Source: Chiloscyllium plagiosum (Eukaryota). Taken from it: a DNA stretch of 64,000 bases. Of this stretch, positions 1 to 12,537 are shown one piece after another. Made by a program: the position numbers and the translations under genes. Location of the stretch: assembly GCF_004010195.1 (NCBI RefSeq), contig NC_057752.1, positions 6,959,802 to 7,023,801 of the forward strand. The letters run 5' to 3'. Below the pieces are notes generated by a model that saw only the letters and a list, made by a program, of their open reading frames with translations, was not told the DNA's origin and searched no databases. Positions within the stretch are counted from its first letter, which is position 1; every line of letters starts with the position of its first letter.

Positions 1-526
1 CCCCCTGGACTTTCAAATTGGCACAGATTAATTATGGAATGTATTCCCCTTGACTTCTTTACAAATATGGTGCACCGAAAGACCGAATTATTTTATAAAA
101 TATGGCAGTCCTTCTTGAATTATATGAATACAGATATTTCAGCTATCCTAACAAGGGCTTTTATTTAATTGAACCTGGCTGGTCCGGGGCCCCTTAGGAG
201 AGGAATCCCGCACGAATACGGGTTTTGTTACATTTGATGTTAACACATTCCGAACATGTATCTCACTACCCAATTTCTATGTTATCCGCTGTTTTTTTTT
301 CTCTTTCTCTTATTTGAATAATGTAAGAGACTTAAATATACACTCTGGTTAATTGTAGGTTAAATTAGTAGTTAGTTGAGTTTTGTTTTTTTTCTTTTGT
401 TAAATTTTGGTTATTATATATTTAAGATCTAATTGTATATCAATGTTTGTACTTGAGAGTTTTGTTTATTTTTGTAAACTTGTAAAAATGTTAAATTTCT
501 AATAAAAAATATCTATTAAAAAAAAC
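1..526 (+). mobile_element. 3' end of an L1/Tx1-type LINE (ORF2 C-terminus, 3' UTR, polyA)
   Basis: Frame 1 reads PPGLSNWHRLIMECIPLDFFTNMVHRKTELFYKIWQSFLNYMNTDISAILTRAFI* (stop 166-168), resembling the 'F.KIWQPF' end of fish L1 ORF2. It is followed by a T-rich UTR, AATAAA at 501 and an A-run to ~526. Confidence 0.7.
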
Positions 527-529
527 TCG

Positions 530-1797
530 CTAGTGAGGAAGGTTATCGAAGATCACAAAGAGATCTTGATCAATTCGGTTAATGGACTAAGTGGCAGATG
601 GCATTTAATTTGGATAAATGCAAAATATTGCATTTTGGTAAAATAACGAAGGGCAGGATTATACAACTACAAGTAGGGCCTCAGGTAGTGTTGTAGGTTC
701 CCCATGGGAGACTGGTTAGCAAGGTTAGATCTCATGGAATACAAGGAGACCTCGTGATTTGGATATAGAACTGGCTCAAAGGTAGAAGACAGAGGGTGTG
801 GTGGAGGGTTGCTTTTCAGACTGGAGGCCTGTGACCAGTGTGAACTAAAAGGATTGGTGCTGGGTCCAATACTTTTCGTCATTTATATAAATGATCTGGA
901 TGTGAGCATAAGAGGTATTGTTAGTAAATTTGCAGATGACACCAAAATTGGAGGTGTAGTGGACAGCGAAGAAGGTTGCCTCAGAGTACAATGGGATCTT
1001 GACCAGATGGGCCAATGGGCTGAGGAGTGGCAGATGGAGTTTAATTTAGATAAATGCGAGGTGCTCCATTTTGGAAAAGCAAATAAGAGCAGGACTTATA
1101 CACTTAATGGTAAGGTCCTGAACAAAGAGACCTTGGAGTGCAGGTTCATAGCTCCTTGAAAGTGGAGTTGCAGGTAGATAGGGTAGTGAAGAAGGCGTTT
1201 GGTATGCTTTCCTTTATTGGTCAGAGCATTGAGTATAGGAGTTGGGAGGTCATGTTGCGGCTCCACAGAACATTGGTCAGGCCACTTTTGGAATATTGCA
1301 TGCAATTCTGGTCTCCTTCCTTTTGGAAGTATGTTGTGAAACTTGAAAGGGTTCAGAAAAGATTTACAAGGATGTTGCCAGGGTTGGAGGATTTGAGCTA
1401 TAGGGAGAGGTTGAACAGGCTGGGACTGTATTCCCTGGTGCGTCGGAGGCTGAGGGGTGACCTTATAGAGGTTTATAAAATCATGAGGAGCATGGACAGG
1501 ATAAATATTTCATGGATCGGGGAATCCAAAACTAGAAGGCATAGGTTTAAGGTGAGAGGAGAAAGATTTATAAGGGGAAATATTTTCATGCTGAGGGTGG
1601 TGCACGCATGGAATGAACTGCCAGAGGAAGTAATGGAGGCTGGTACAATTACAGCATTTAAAAGGCATCTGGATGGGTATATGAATAGGAAGGATTTAGA
1701 GGGATATGGGCCAAATGCTGGCAAATGGGACTAGATTAATTTAGGATATCTGGTTGGCATGAACATGTTGGACCGAAGAGTCTGTTTCCATGCTGTA
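530..1797 (+). mobile_element. CR1-clade LINE fragments (RT C-terminal half and 3' UTR), frameshifted
   Basis: ORFs 809-1159 and 1138-1734 carry LGPILFVIYINDLD, KFADDTK, LVRPLLEYC.QFWSP and RLRGDLIEVYKIM; a short older fragment sits at ~530-695. Confidence 0.93.
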
Positions 1798-2025
1798 AAA
1801 TGGATTCAAGGTTTGCTTGTGACTAGGTATTTTTGTTCATTATCAAATGATATACATTACACAGACTATTCTATAACAGATAAAGTAGCCTAGTAACATT
1901 ACACTTTATAATGAATATTGGATGCATACTTAATTATTCCTTTGCCAATTAAACTTACAAACCTGAGACAAAGTATCAGAGAAACAAAAATAAAACTGTT
2001 TCCACATAAATTGAGCCTCTTTACT

Positions 2026-2031
2026 TTTATT
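2026..2031 (-). terminator. Probable polyadenylation signal (AATAAA) of the LRRFIP-like gene
   Basis: Plus-strand TTTATT about 165 nt beyond the stop codon at 2194. Confidence 0.5.
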
Positions 2032-2193
2032 AAGTGTGATTTAGCTTTCAAAAAAAATGGTTAGTAAAAGTGAAAGACTTGACATTAAGACGATTTAAAG
2101 ATACCATTCAAACTTGTGCATAGTTCATGTCACCTTGAAGAAGCTTTTCCCCTATGCTGGGCTTCAATATGTTGGAGGTGAGAAATCAGATTC

Positions 2194-3687
2194 TTATGAA
2201 ACCAGGCAGGTATCACTGTGTTTAAGATGTCGCTTGATGCTCTCACTGGCGTTTAAATTTCTCAACTCCACGTCATCACCAGTTGTTGTGTTTTCAGGGT
2301 CTTGTTTAACCTTTGTTTTGCTTTCTTGACTGTATGTTTCCATTTTTTGTTCAGATATAGTACTTTCTACTGAATTGTGCATTTCCTCATTGGATAGATC
2401 CGTCACAAGTCGTGCAGCTTCATCAATGAGTTCTGTCATTGCCTCCTTTCTTTCAGGTACCAACAGCTCCTGTCCACCATTGGCTAGCTCTTTCCGACAC
2501 AACTCATTAGTTTCCTCCTCAATCTCAACACTTATTGATTCTCTCTCTTTGTTCTCATTCCCCCTGTACTGTGCTTGCTTTGCAAGGACATATTCTTCAT
2601 CCTGTTCTTTTATTTCATCTCCTCTTTCTCCACTTATTTCATGCTTGGGACTATCAATATAATTCTCCTTGTTCATTTGCCTCTCACTGTCTGACAAACT
2701 CTTCTGCCGTATCACTACTTTTTTAAACAGTTGCTCCAACATTTCAAATGCTCCTTTTTCCTTCCCACCAGTGTTTTGTTCAGCACCACCACCATTCTGT
2801 GTTTCTTCCCCATCTACGTGTGCTTGCCCATCAGTTACAGTTTGCTGCTTTCTCATGTCTAAATTTGAATTTGTCTCACTTCTGTATTTATTGTCCTTTT
2901 GTGTTAGACTTTCTCTTGCATTTACTTCTTCTTTAATACCCTGTTCCTCTCTTGTTCTGCTGTCCTCTCTTTCATTTACCTTATTCACCGATAAATGTAG
3001 CCCATGGTCAATTTCTTCATTCTTTACAAGATGTTCATTGTCTCGTTCTTTCTCATCTCTTTGACTCTGAGCTTCATATGCAAATTGCTTTCTTTCACCA
3101 CCTTCCATCCCATTACTCAAAAACCCTTCATTGGATATTTCCTCTTTTGTTCTATCCTCATTTCCCTCACTTTTCTCTTCATTAATTTTCCCTTTGTGTA
3201 CTGCTTCCCCTGAAGTAACTTCACTTACCTCCACTATTAACTTGTTCTGTTCTTTCTCCTTGCAGTCGTTGCTGTCCTGATATTCTGGGTCCTTTTCTTT
3301 ACTCAGCAACTCCAACTGTTCTAAAGTTTCACTTCTATAGCCTTCCAGAACTTTCTCACTATCCTGAACGAGATCATTAGATTCTTCCACATGTGTATCA
3401 TCTGCACCCTGTTGTATGAATATGTTCATAATTCCCTCTTGATCATTTCCATTGGAGATGTCTTCAATAATTTTCATACTTTGCTGTTTGTTGGATTTGG
3501 TTTCAAAGTCATCATCAACTAAGAGTTTGAACTCTATATCTTGAAGGGTTACTGCTGAGCCCTGACGTTTCTCCACACAGTGTTTCCTCATTTTGTCCGA
3601 TTTAAACTCCATTTTCTTTGCATCCTTATGTTGGAGGTTACTCTGAATATTTTTATCTGTATTCTCTATGGTAACAATTTCAGTGCC
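2194..3687 (-). CDS. LRRFIP-like gene, terminal exon: 497-aa Glu/Lys/Asn-rich low-complexity region ending in CaaX (CLVS*)
   Basis: Acceptor ttttcaacAG|GGC at 3689/3688, phase 0; 25 codons upstream of and in frame with ORF 2194..3612. Long uninterrupted acidic ORF, comparable to the acidic last exon of the long LRRFIP1 isoform. Confidence 0.85.
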   Translation of the reverse strand, partial: GTEIVTIENTDKNIQSNLQHKDAKKMEFKSDKMRKHCVEKRQGSAVTLQDIEFKLLVDDDFETKSNKQQSMKIIEDISNGNDQEGIMNIFIQQGADDTHVEESNDLVQDSEKVLEGYRSETLEQLELLSKEKDPEYQDSNDCKEKEQNKLIVEVSEVTSGEAVHKGKINEEKSEGNEDRTKEEISNEGFLSNGMEGGERKQFAYEAQSQRDEKERDNEHLVKNEEIDHGLHLSVNKVNEREDSRTREEQGIKEEVNARESLTQKDNKYRSETNSNLDMRKQQTVTDGQAHVDGEETQNGGGAEQNTGGKEKGAFEMLEQLFKKVVIRQKSLSDSERQMNKENYIDSPKHEISGERGDEIKEQDEEYVLAKQAQYRGNENKERESISVEIEEETNELCRKELANGGQELLVPERKEAMTELIDEAARLVTDLSNEEMHNSVESTISEQKMETYSQESKTKVKQDPENTTTGDDVELRNLNASESIKRHLKHSDTCLVS

Positions 3688-3783
3688 CTGTTGAAAAATA
3701 AAAAATAGTTATAGTAGATATTAGGTATATCAGTTGCAGTCATATTATAAAATTAGTTGTAATGAAATTTAAATGTGCAATGT

Positions 3784-4626
3784 TGTTATGGACCAAACCT
3801 GACCCCCTCAAAATATATTAAGAAGATTAGCTTAGATTGCCTTACAGTGTGGAAACAGGCCCTTTGGCCCAACAAGTCCACACCAACCCTCCGAAGAGTA
3901 ACCCACCCAGACCCATTTCCCTCTGACTAATGCACCTAACACTATAGGCAATTTAGCACAGCCAATTCACCTGACCTGCACATCTTTGGACTATGGGGGA
4001 ACACCGAAGCACCGGGAGGAAACCCACGCAGACACGGGGAGAAGGTAGCCTAGACCCTAACTTTTTTCTTATTTTAAAGGTAAGTGTGAGATATTGTGTT
4101 GGAGATGCAATTTGATTGGTCAAACTACTTGAAGTTAAGCAAAACACAATTTATTCAAACACTATAGTTAAAATAGAACAAAAGAAAGAAACTTGGAATA
4201 ACTTAACTCAATTGGCAAACTTAACAGAATAATAAGATTATTTTATTACTAAACAGTAATTGTTCCGATATAGTAACATCCCATAAAGACACCCTTGGCA
4301 AATGGCAAATTCAGAAAACAGAATTGTCTCACAAGCAACTAAAACATCCAGAAAAAACTCAGCAAGAGAATGTAACAGCGAAGAGAGATCCGCCTTCCAA
4401 CCCTCCTGAGACCCAGCAACAACTGCTGCTAAAAGAAAACCTAAAGATTCTGTTTCTGTGAGAGCTCAACCCCACCCATTCAGGCTGGTTCTACTGTTCC
4501 AACTTTTAAAAAAAACAAGGCTTCCCAAGCTGTTTAGTGGTTTTGGTAGACTACTATGTACCTCTGCTTTAAAACCTCTCCAAAAAAAAGGACAAAATAA
4601 CCTGTTAAAGCCACAGCATCATCACA
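3784..4626 (-). mobile_element. Solo LTR (Gypsy-like family) interrupted by a V-SINE fragment (~3828-4045)
   Basis: TGTTATGG...CATCACA termini; flanks ATGT/ATAT (4-bp TSD with one mismatch); homologous to 24116-24551 and 38081-38722. Confidence 0.7.
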
Positions 4627-5167
4627 ATATTGATGGCCAATTGCACATAACTAACATTTGTTTCTGACTGTACAAATGATCACTTACTGTCCAGTTCAGG
4701 TATCTGTCCCTATTTAGTAGCAAGTAGGTGGATGATGAGAAGGGTCAAGCCACAGACAGTACTTTCCCTCAGAGCAATACTGAAGAGCACTTTTCTCATA
4801 ATAAGGACCAGGTTAGTTTAGTTGGCTAGATTGCAAGCACACAGTTCAGAATAATGGCAACAACAGAGGCTCAGTTCCTGTTCTGGCCAAGATAGACTTG
4901 GATTCTGCCTCATTGCCTTCAGACTAAAAGGCAATGGCAAACTAACAAGAAGAAAAAAAATCCAAAGGAAACATGGCAGGATGAGACATCACAAGACTTT
5001 GAAGCAAGGACATGTCATTGGACATCTGCCATTTTTCCCCTGCAGTTTAGGTCATTGCAATACAAGAGAACAGCTATGGCGACACAGACCCCAAACTGGG
5101 CATGTGGGAAGTAGTGTGGGAACCAACAAAAAGAAAAACCTATTAGAACTTGTCTCCGCCAATCATG

Positions 5168-5263
5168 GATTCCTGAAGAAGGGCTTATGCCCGAAACATC
5201 GATTCTCCTGCTCCTTGGATGCTGCATGACCAGCTGCGCTTTTCCAGCAATACATTTTTCACT
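5168..5263 (+). mobile_element. 96-bp Penelope pLTR fragment with hammerhead-like motif, TSD AATCATG
   Basis: CTGAAGA-A-GGGC-TTAT-GCCC-GAAA-CATC at 5173-5200; direct repeats at 5161-5167 and 5264-5270. Confidence 0.75.
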
Positions 5264-5533
5264 AATCATGTCATAGATGCATCTTTGCATGACACTACAG
5301 GCAGGAGTGACTAACTCATTCTGTATGAAGGTGAAATCCCATCTTCACGCTAAGCATACCTGAATGGTGTTGTGTCCCCAAAGGAAAAATTGGGTGAGTA
5401 GTAGGGGAAGAAAAAGTAAAAGACATTTTGGTTACATCCAGAAGTTCCAAGAGTGATGATTCCATTACCAAGTGCAATTTCCCTTAGACCCCAGGCACAG
5501 CATAAAGCAAACCTTTGTTTTAATTACTCTTAC

Positions 5534-5623
5534 GTGGCTCTCCTGCCTCTCCTCCAGCTGCTCCTGCATGCAAGTAATCTTTTGCTGCAATAAGTGCTTG
5601 GCAACTTTCTCTGTCTCCAGTTC
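5534..5623 (-). CDS. LRRFIP-like gene, coding exon (30 aa, coiled coil): ELETEKVAKHLLQQKITCMQEQLEERQESH
   Basis: tcaacAG|GAA ... CAC|GTAAGA, phase 0/0. Aligns by eye with LRRFIP1 [31 protein letters not shown]. Confidence 0.85.
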
Positions 5624-5944
5624 CTGTTGATGCAATTAAGAAAACAACAATTACTCAACAACTTTCATGTCAAACTATTTCCATTTTTATTTACTGCTTC
5701 TTTGTCCTCAGAAGTGGAGGGATGACGCTGCTTGGAAAGGAATTGTTTTTGTTCCTTTTTGTATTCAACACTTCCAGGTGACACACAAGCGTAAAGTTAG
5801 TTCTATACTGTCCCAACAATGGGCATTAACGCCTACTTTCCGCAGTGCACCCTTATTCCTCCAGTGACAGGAGTCACTATTTTAATTTGTCTTATGTGTG
5901 ATGTCAGTGCTGAACTGGTAAGGCCATTGGAGTGCTAATAAAGA

Positions 5945-7370
5945 ACGTAGGACTATATGATGTAGGAGCAGGAGGCCATTCAGCCCAATGTGTCTGCTCT
6001 GCCATTCAATGAGATCATGGCTGATCCAACAATCCTCAACTCCACTTTCCTGTCTTATCCTTGTGACCGTTGATTCCTTTATTGATTAAAAATCTATACT
6101 TAATGATCCAGCTTCAACAGTCCTCCTCAGTAAAGAATTCCACAAATTTACTCCCCTCTGAGAGAAAAAAATTCCTCCTCATCTCTGTCTTAAGTGCACA
6201 ATTCTTTATTGTGAGATTATGCCATCTGGTCCTAGATTCTCCCACAAGGGGAAACAACCTTTCTGCAAGTTGTCTCTCATTTTTCTAAATTCCAATGAGT
6301 TCAGGCCCAATCTACTAAACATCTCATAAGACAGTCCCTCTGTACTTAGTATCTGGTATCAACTGAGTGAACTGCCTCAGGATTGCCTGCAATACCAGTA
6401 TATCTTTTCTTAGATAAGGGACGCAAAACTGTTCACAGATTCCAGCTGTAGACCAACCAGTGCCTTGCATAGTTATAGCAAAACCTCCCTTTTTTTTCCC
6501 ATTCATTCCATTTGCCTTCCTTAGTACCCACTGAACTTGGATGCTAGCTTTTTGTGATTCATGGATGAGGTCTTCCAAATCCTTCTGTTCTGTAGCTTTC
6601 TGCAGATTTCCTCCATTTGAATAATATTCAACTCCTCTATTATTCCTGTCAAAGTGCATAGCCTCACATTTCCCCATTTTTTTTTCATCTGCTAAGTTTT
6701 TGCCCACTCCATTAACCTGTCTATATTCCCTATGCAGAGTCTTTATGTCAGCCTCACCACTTGCCTTCCCATCTATTTTTGTGTCATCCGCTATCTTGGC
6801 TACAGTACAATCACTTTCCTCATCCAAGTCATTAATATATATTGTAAATAATTGTGGCCCCAGCATTGATCTCTGTGGCACACAGTTAGTTACAGTTTGC
6901 CAAGCTGAAAATGCATTCCCTCCGCACCCTTGTCCAAACGCTGTCATTAATTAGTTAGCTAATCCTTGATCCACGCTAATGTACCACCTCCACCACCATG
7001 GGCTCTTATCTTATAAAGTAGCCAGATATGTGGCACTTTATCAAAAGCCTTCTGAGAATCCAAATATATTACATTTACTGTTTCACCTTTATTTATTCTG
7101 CTTGTTACCACCTCAAAAGAATTCTAGTAAATTTGTCAGGCATGGCTTCCCCTTCATGAAGCTATGCTAACTCTCCTTAATCTCCATGTCTTTGTAAATG
7201 CTCTATTATTACATCCTTTATCACAGAATCTAACATTTTCCCAATAACAGACATTAAGCTAACTGTCCTACAGTTACCTTTTTTTCATGTCTCCTTCCCT
7301 TTTCAAATAAAGGTGTTACATTGGCAGTTTTCTAATTCTCTTGCATTTCTCCAGAATCTAAGGATTCTGA
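5945..7370 (-). mobile_element. Degraded CR1-clade LINE
   Basis: ORF 6324..6947: VPQRSMLGPQLFTIYINDLD, KIADDTK; 3' tail near 5945. Confidence 0.85.
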
Positions 7371-7414
7371 CTATCCCAATATAGAAGATGATTAAAATGT
7401 CATCCATGATTAAC

Positions 7415-8045
7415 ATACATAAAACACAGGAGCAAGAGTAGGCCATTCAGCCCTTCAAGGCTGCTCTGCCACTCATTGAGATCATGACTAATTTTCTGCT
7501 TCAACACCACTTTCCTGGACTTTCCTTATATCCCTTGATGTTGTTAATATGTAGAAATCTATCAATCTCAGTCTGGAACATAATCAATGACTGAGCCTCT
7601 GCAATCCTGTAGGACAGCAAATTTGAAAGATTCACCACAATCTCTCCTTAGTCTGAGAGGCTGAGTCATTTGGATCTAGAACCTTTCCCACCCAACATAG
7701 GAACATAGAAAATAGGAGCCAGGCTGTCCTTTAAGCCTGCTCTGCCATTCATTATACCAACTGCCCAGCTTAATAGCCTGTTCTTGCTTTTCCTCCATAT
7801 CCTTTGATCCCCTTCGCCCCAAGTGCTACATCCAACTCCTTCTTGAAATCATACAATGGTTCGGCCTCAACTGCTTTCTATGGTAGTGAATTCCACAGGC
7901 TTACCACTCTCTGGGTGAAGACCTTTCTCATCTCAGTCCTAAATGGTTTACCCTGTATCCTTAGACTGTGATCCTGATTATGGACTTCCCCTGGATTTGT
8001 TACTAGGGGAAGTATCTTTCTCGCATCTGCTCTGTTGATCCTCGT
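7415..8045 (-). mobile_element. Two adjacent CR1 3'-end fragments
   Basis: aacatagaaaataggagc / ggccattcagccc tails and a GAATTCCACAGG motif shared with other CR1 copies in the window. Confidence 0.7.
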
Positions 8046-8186
8046 AAAGAAAGAATGGGACAGGATTCCCAGCTTTCCATAATAAACAGCATTTTAATTA
8101 TGGTTATTGTCTTGAAGACATATTGACTCTATGGAGCTCCTTTCAATTGCAAGTAAAATTGAAAATTAAGATACAAATTATATTAC

Positions 8187-8357
8187 CTTGTGTATTTGTG
8201 TGTGTTTCCTCTGAAGTTCTGCCAGCTCCTCCTCTGTGCTCTCTAGAATGTCCCTCAGTCGCTCCACCTCATACACAAGTAAAGTCTTCTCAGTTTCCAA
8301 AAGATCAATTGACTGAACTGCATCCATGTACTTGGCTTCAAGGTCTCCATGGATGTT
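8187..8357 (-). CDS. LRRFIP-like gene, 171-nt coiled-coil exon: NIHGDLEAKYMDAVQSIDLLETEKTLLVYEVERLRDILESTEEELAELQRKHTQIHK
   Basis: tttttgtttAG|AAC ... AAG|GTAATA, phase 0/0. Gapless 57-aa alignment by eye to LRRFIP1 [57 protein letters not shown]. Confidence 0.9.
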
Positions 8358-8399
8358 CTAAACAAAAATCAATAAAACAACTGCATTCTTTCATGAGGT

Positions 8400-10770
8400 T
8401 TACTTTTTTTTTATTCATTTGGCGGATTTGGTTTTGCTGGTTGGGCCAGCACTTCTTGTCTATTCCTAATTGACCGCGAGAGGGTGTTGGTGAGAACCTT
8501 CTTGAACTGCTGAAGTCCATGTGGTGCAGGTACATCTACAGTGCTATGAGAGAGGGAGTTCTAAGATTTTGATCGAGTGACATTGAAGGAACAACAATAT
8601 ATTTCCAAGTCAGGATAGTTAATATCTGTGTATCTTGTAGATGGTACACACTGCTGTTGCTGAGCATCAGTGGTGTAGGGGGCAAATGTTTATGGAGATG
8701 GTGCCAATGAAAGTGGGCTGCTCTATCCTGGATGCTGCCAAGCTTCTTGAATGCTGTTGGAGCTGCACTCATCCAGCAAGTGGGGAGTACTCCATCACAC
8801 ATCTGACTTGTGTCTTGTCGATGTTTTTTAATAGAATTCCCACAGTGTGGAAACATATCATTTGGCCCAACAGGTCCACACCAACCCTCTGAAGAACATT
8901 CCCCTACCCTATCTCTATAACCCTGCATTTCCCATGGCTAATACATCTAACCCACACGTCCCTGAATACTATGGGCAGTCTAGCATGGCCAATCCACCTA
9001 ATTTTCATATCTTTGGATGATGAACAGGCACTGAAGACACAAAAGGTGAGTTAGTTGCTGCAGGAGCTCTAGCCTCTGACATGCTCTGGTCAATGGTAAC
9101 AGTGAGGATGTTGATAGTGGGGGATTTAGTGATAGTATCAAAACTTGAACGTCAAGGGACAGGGATAAATTTTCTCTTATTCGAGATGGTCATTGCTTGG
9201 CACTTGTGTGGTGTGAATGTTGCTTGTCATTTATCAGTCCAAGAATGGAGATTGGATATGGACTGCTTCAGTACGTGAGAAGTCACAAATGATGCTGGAC
9301 ATTGTGCAATCAATCAGCAAATATCCCAACTTCTGACCTTATGATGGAGGGAAGGTCATTGTTGGAGCAGCTGAAGATGTTTGGAGCAAAGACGTACACG
9401 GAGGATCATAAAGGCTCTTGTGGTGCAGTGGTAGTGTCCCTACCTCTGAAGCAGGAGGCCCAGGTTGAAATCTCACAGCTCCAGAGGTGTGTAATAACAT
9501 TTTTGAACAGGTCGATTAGAAAATATCTTAAAACAGGCCATTGTAGAATTCATGGAATTCAAGAATCAAAACTTTGAAGATCTCAAAGGGCTCTTGTGGT
9601 GCACTGGTAGTGGTAACATCTTTGAATAGGTTGATTAGAAAATATCTACCCTGAGGAACTCCAGAAGAGATGCCCTGGAGCTGAGATGACTGACTTCCAA
9701 CAACTGCAATCATCTTCCTTTGTGGCAGGTATTTCTCCAAACAGTGGACATATTACTTCTTAACACCCATTTACTCCACAGTTTTGCTTGGGCTTCTAAT
9801 ACCATACTCAGTCAAATGTGGCCTTGATATCAATTGCAGTCCCTCTCACCTTATCCCTGGAATTCAGCTCTTTTGTCCATGTTTGAACCAAGGCTATAAT
9901 GAAATCATGAGCTGTGTGGTCCTGGCAGAACTCAAACTGACTATCAGTGAGCAGATTATTGTTAAGCATCCAATTCCATCCACTTTACTGATGATCAAAA
10001 GTATAATGATAGGGTGGTAATTGGCTGGATTGTATTCTTTCCTACTTTTGCACAATTTTCCATATTGCTAAATAGATGCCAATGTTGTAAATGTATTGAA
10101 ATAGCTAGGGATCTGGTAAACTTTGTAGCGCATGTCTTCAGTGTCAGGGCCCAGAGCCTTATCCAGTGCCATTTACTGATATCAAGTGGAGTGAATTGAG
10201 TTGGCTGAAGATTGCCATCTGTACTGCTGGGAATCTCTGGAGGAAGATGAGATGGATTATCCACTTGGCATTTCTAGCTGAAAAATGCCACAAATGCTTC
10301 AGCCTTATATTTTGCACTAAAGTGCTGGGCTCCCTTATCATTTAGGATGGGGAGATTTGTGGAACTACCTCCTTCAGTGAGATGTTTAGTTGTCCACCAC
10401 AATTCACAAATGGACAGGACCGCAGAGCTTAGATCTGAACCATTGGTTGTTGAATCGCTTAGCGTGATCAATTGCAGCTTATACTGTTCGGCACACAAGT
10501 AGTTATGTTTAGGTATACTTGGTGCCGTTCTCTTGCTCCCTTGAATCAAGGTTGATCCCTTGGCTTGATGGTCATAGTAGAGTGGGGAAACATGTTGGGT
10601 CATGAGGTTGCAGATCGTACTGCAGTCCAATTCTGCTGCTGCCCCAGAGCACCTTGTGGATGCTCAGTCTTTAGTTGCTTGATCTATTTGAAATCTACCC
10701 CATTTAGCATGGTGGTATTGCCGCACAATATGATGGACGGTATTCTCAATGTGAAGTTGAAACATTTTCT
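8400..10770 (-). mobile_element. Degraded second CR1-clade LINE family, with nested V-SINE 3' part (~8835-9017) and short tRNA-like SINEs (~9410-9530, ~9587-9647)
   Basis: Reverse-complement homology to the LINE at 14820-18150 (SSGVPQG, LKTCA, EGGSSTNLPILND motifs). Confidence 0.8.
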
Positions 10771-11284
10771 TCATAAGGGATGTCTGGTTGAGCTAAGTGT
10801 AAGATGAAAAACTTTAGGAACCTGTCTCTTCAGTAAAATCCAAATAACAAGGAAATGGATAACATCAAATTCAGTAAATTTGTTGAAATAAGTTTTAGGA
10901 ATGTGGGACAAGTGGACACAAATTCAGAATTTTGGAAATCCCTGAAGTGCATCACTGTACCCAAGAACATGCATGGATTTCAACCCTGCACATATTACTC
11001 ATGTATAAATCAATCTGATGTTTTGCCTAAACATGTGCACGTATGGGCGCTTCACTTATTTCAATGAAGTTAAATGTCTCAGTGGACTCTCACAGAGTAA
11101 CACGTCTGCTAAAGCTTCCTAGAAAATTCAATAGTGCCAGTTAGCTGCCCTTTAAAAGAAAGCTAAAGAAATATCTGGCTAAGGACTGAATTAAAACTTG
11201 TCTGTCACTATTTAAGTGCTACTGAAGGATATCAGAAATTGATTACCATTGACCAGAAACTTAACAGGACTCATCATATATATA

Positions 11285-11495
11285 AAACAAAGAACTGAGA
11301 ATGTTGGAGATCTGAAACAAAAACAGGAATTGCTGGAGATAGTCAGCAGGTCTGGCACTATCTGTGGGAAGAAAGCAGAGTTAACATTTTGAGTTGGGTG
11401 GCTGAAGAAGAGTCACTGGACTCAAAACATTAACTCTGCTTTCTTCCCACAGATGCTGCTAGACCTGCTGAGTTTCTCCACAATTTCTGTTTTTG
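11285..11495. mobile_element. Penelope-type inverted-repeat (pLTR fold-back) element with degenerate hammerhead motif
   Basis: Arms ~11318-11394 and ~11420-11493 are reverse complements; CTGAAGA-A-GAGTC-ACTG-GACTC-AAAA at 11402-11427. Confidence 0.65.
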
Positions 11496-12095
11496 CCATA
11501 TAAATACTGTGGCTATGAGAGCAGGTCGGAGGCTAGGAATCCTGCAGCAAGTAACTCACCTCCTGACTCCCCAAAGCCTGTCCACCAGCGACAACGCACA
11601 AGTAAAGAATATGATGGAATACTCTCATTTGCCTGGATGAGTACAGCTCCACCAACACTCAAGAAGCTTGATACCATCCAAGACAAAGCAGCGCATTTGA
11701 TTGGCACCACATCCACATTTACTCCCCCTGCTACTGATGCACTGTAGCAGCAGTGTGTACTATCTACAAGATGCACTGCAGAAATTCACCAAGACTTTGC
11801 AGACAGCACCTTCCAAACCCACAATCACCACAATCTAGAAGGACAGGAACAGCAGATACATGGTAACACCACCACCGGTAGGTTCCTCTCCAGACCACTC
11901 ACCATCCTGACATGAAAATATATTACCATTCCTTCACTGGTGCTGAGTGAAAATCCTGGAATTCCCACTTGAACAGTATTGTGCACAAAATCACACCAAG
12001 TGGATTATAGTAGTTCAAGAAGATAGTTCACCATCACCTTCTCAAGAGCAACTAGGACTCAGCCAGCAATGCCCACATCTCATGAGCAAAAAAAA
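11495..12095 (+). mobile_element. 3' part of second CR1-clade LINE family
   Basis: LSFAWMSTAPPTLKKLDTIQDKAAHLIGTTST, conserved 3' UTR and A-tail. Confidence 0.85.
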
Positions 12096-12537
12096 GTTCT
12101 GTGTGGAATAGCAATGGTCATAGATGAAGCATTTAGGCTGCAATAATAAAATTACCAGCTGGAATTTTCACGTAAGTATCTTCAAGGACCAAGGAGAAAT
12201 TATAGAGTGTAATATTTATGGAAATTATCTAACGGTTGGTCAATTTTCGTAATTAAGTCAAAATAGCATAAATGCCCTTGGGAGGAATGGAAAACTTAAT
12301 GTCCTTCTCAAATCTAATATTTTCTTCATTCTTTAATAATTTAAGCCATGCATTATAGCAATTACAATCAACAGATGTGTTCACTTTTCTTACAGAACTG
12401 ACAGAACTATAGAACAAGGCATTAAAAATAGATTTGCATAGGACAGACAGCCTACAGTTTGTAATTAAATGGTTACATTAGTGTCCCATGTGATTCTCAA
12501 GGATTCCAGTAACTTGTAATAACAGGATACTTTTTAA

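Noticed and set aside
809..1734. LINE ORFs as functional genes (also 15327-17531, 35350-37238)
   Set aside because: Fragmented by stops and frameshifts; no intact RT ORF in the window.
2375..3213. Several plus-strand ORFs rich in Ser/Phe/Leu
   Set aside because: Antisense shadows of the Glu/Lys-rich minus-strand exon.
4688..4709. 22-nt micro-exon candidate with strong GTAAGT donor (minus strand)
   Set aside because: It would shift the frame of the phase-0 terminal exon; no supporting homology.
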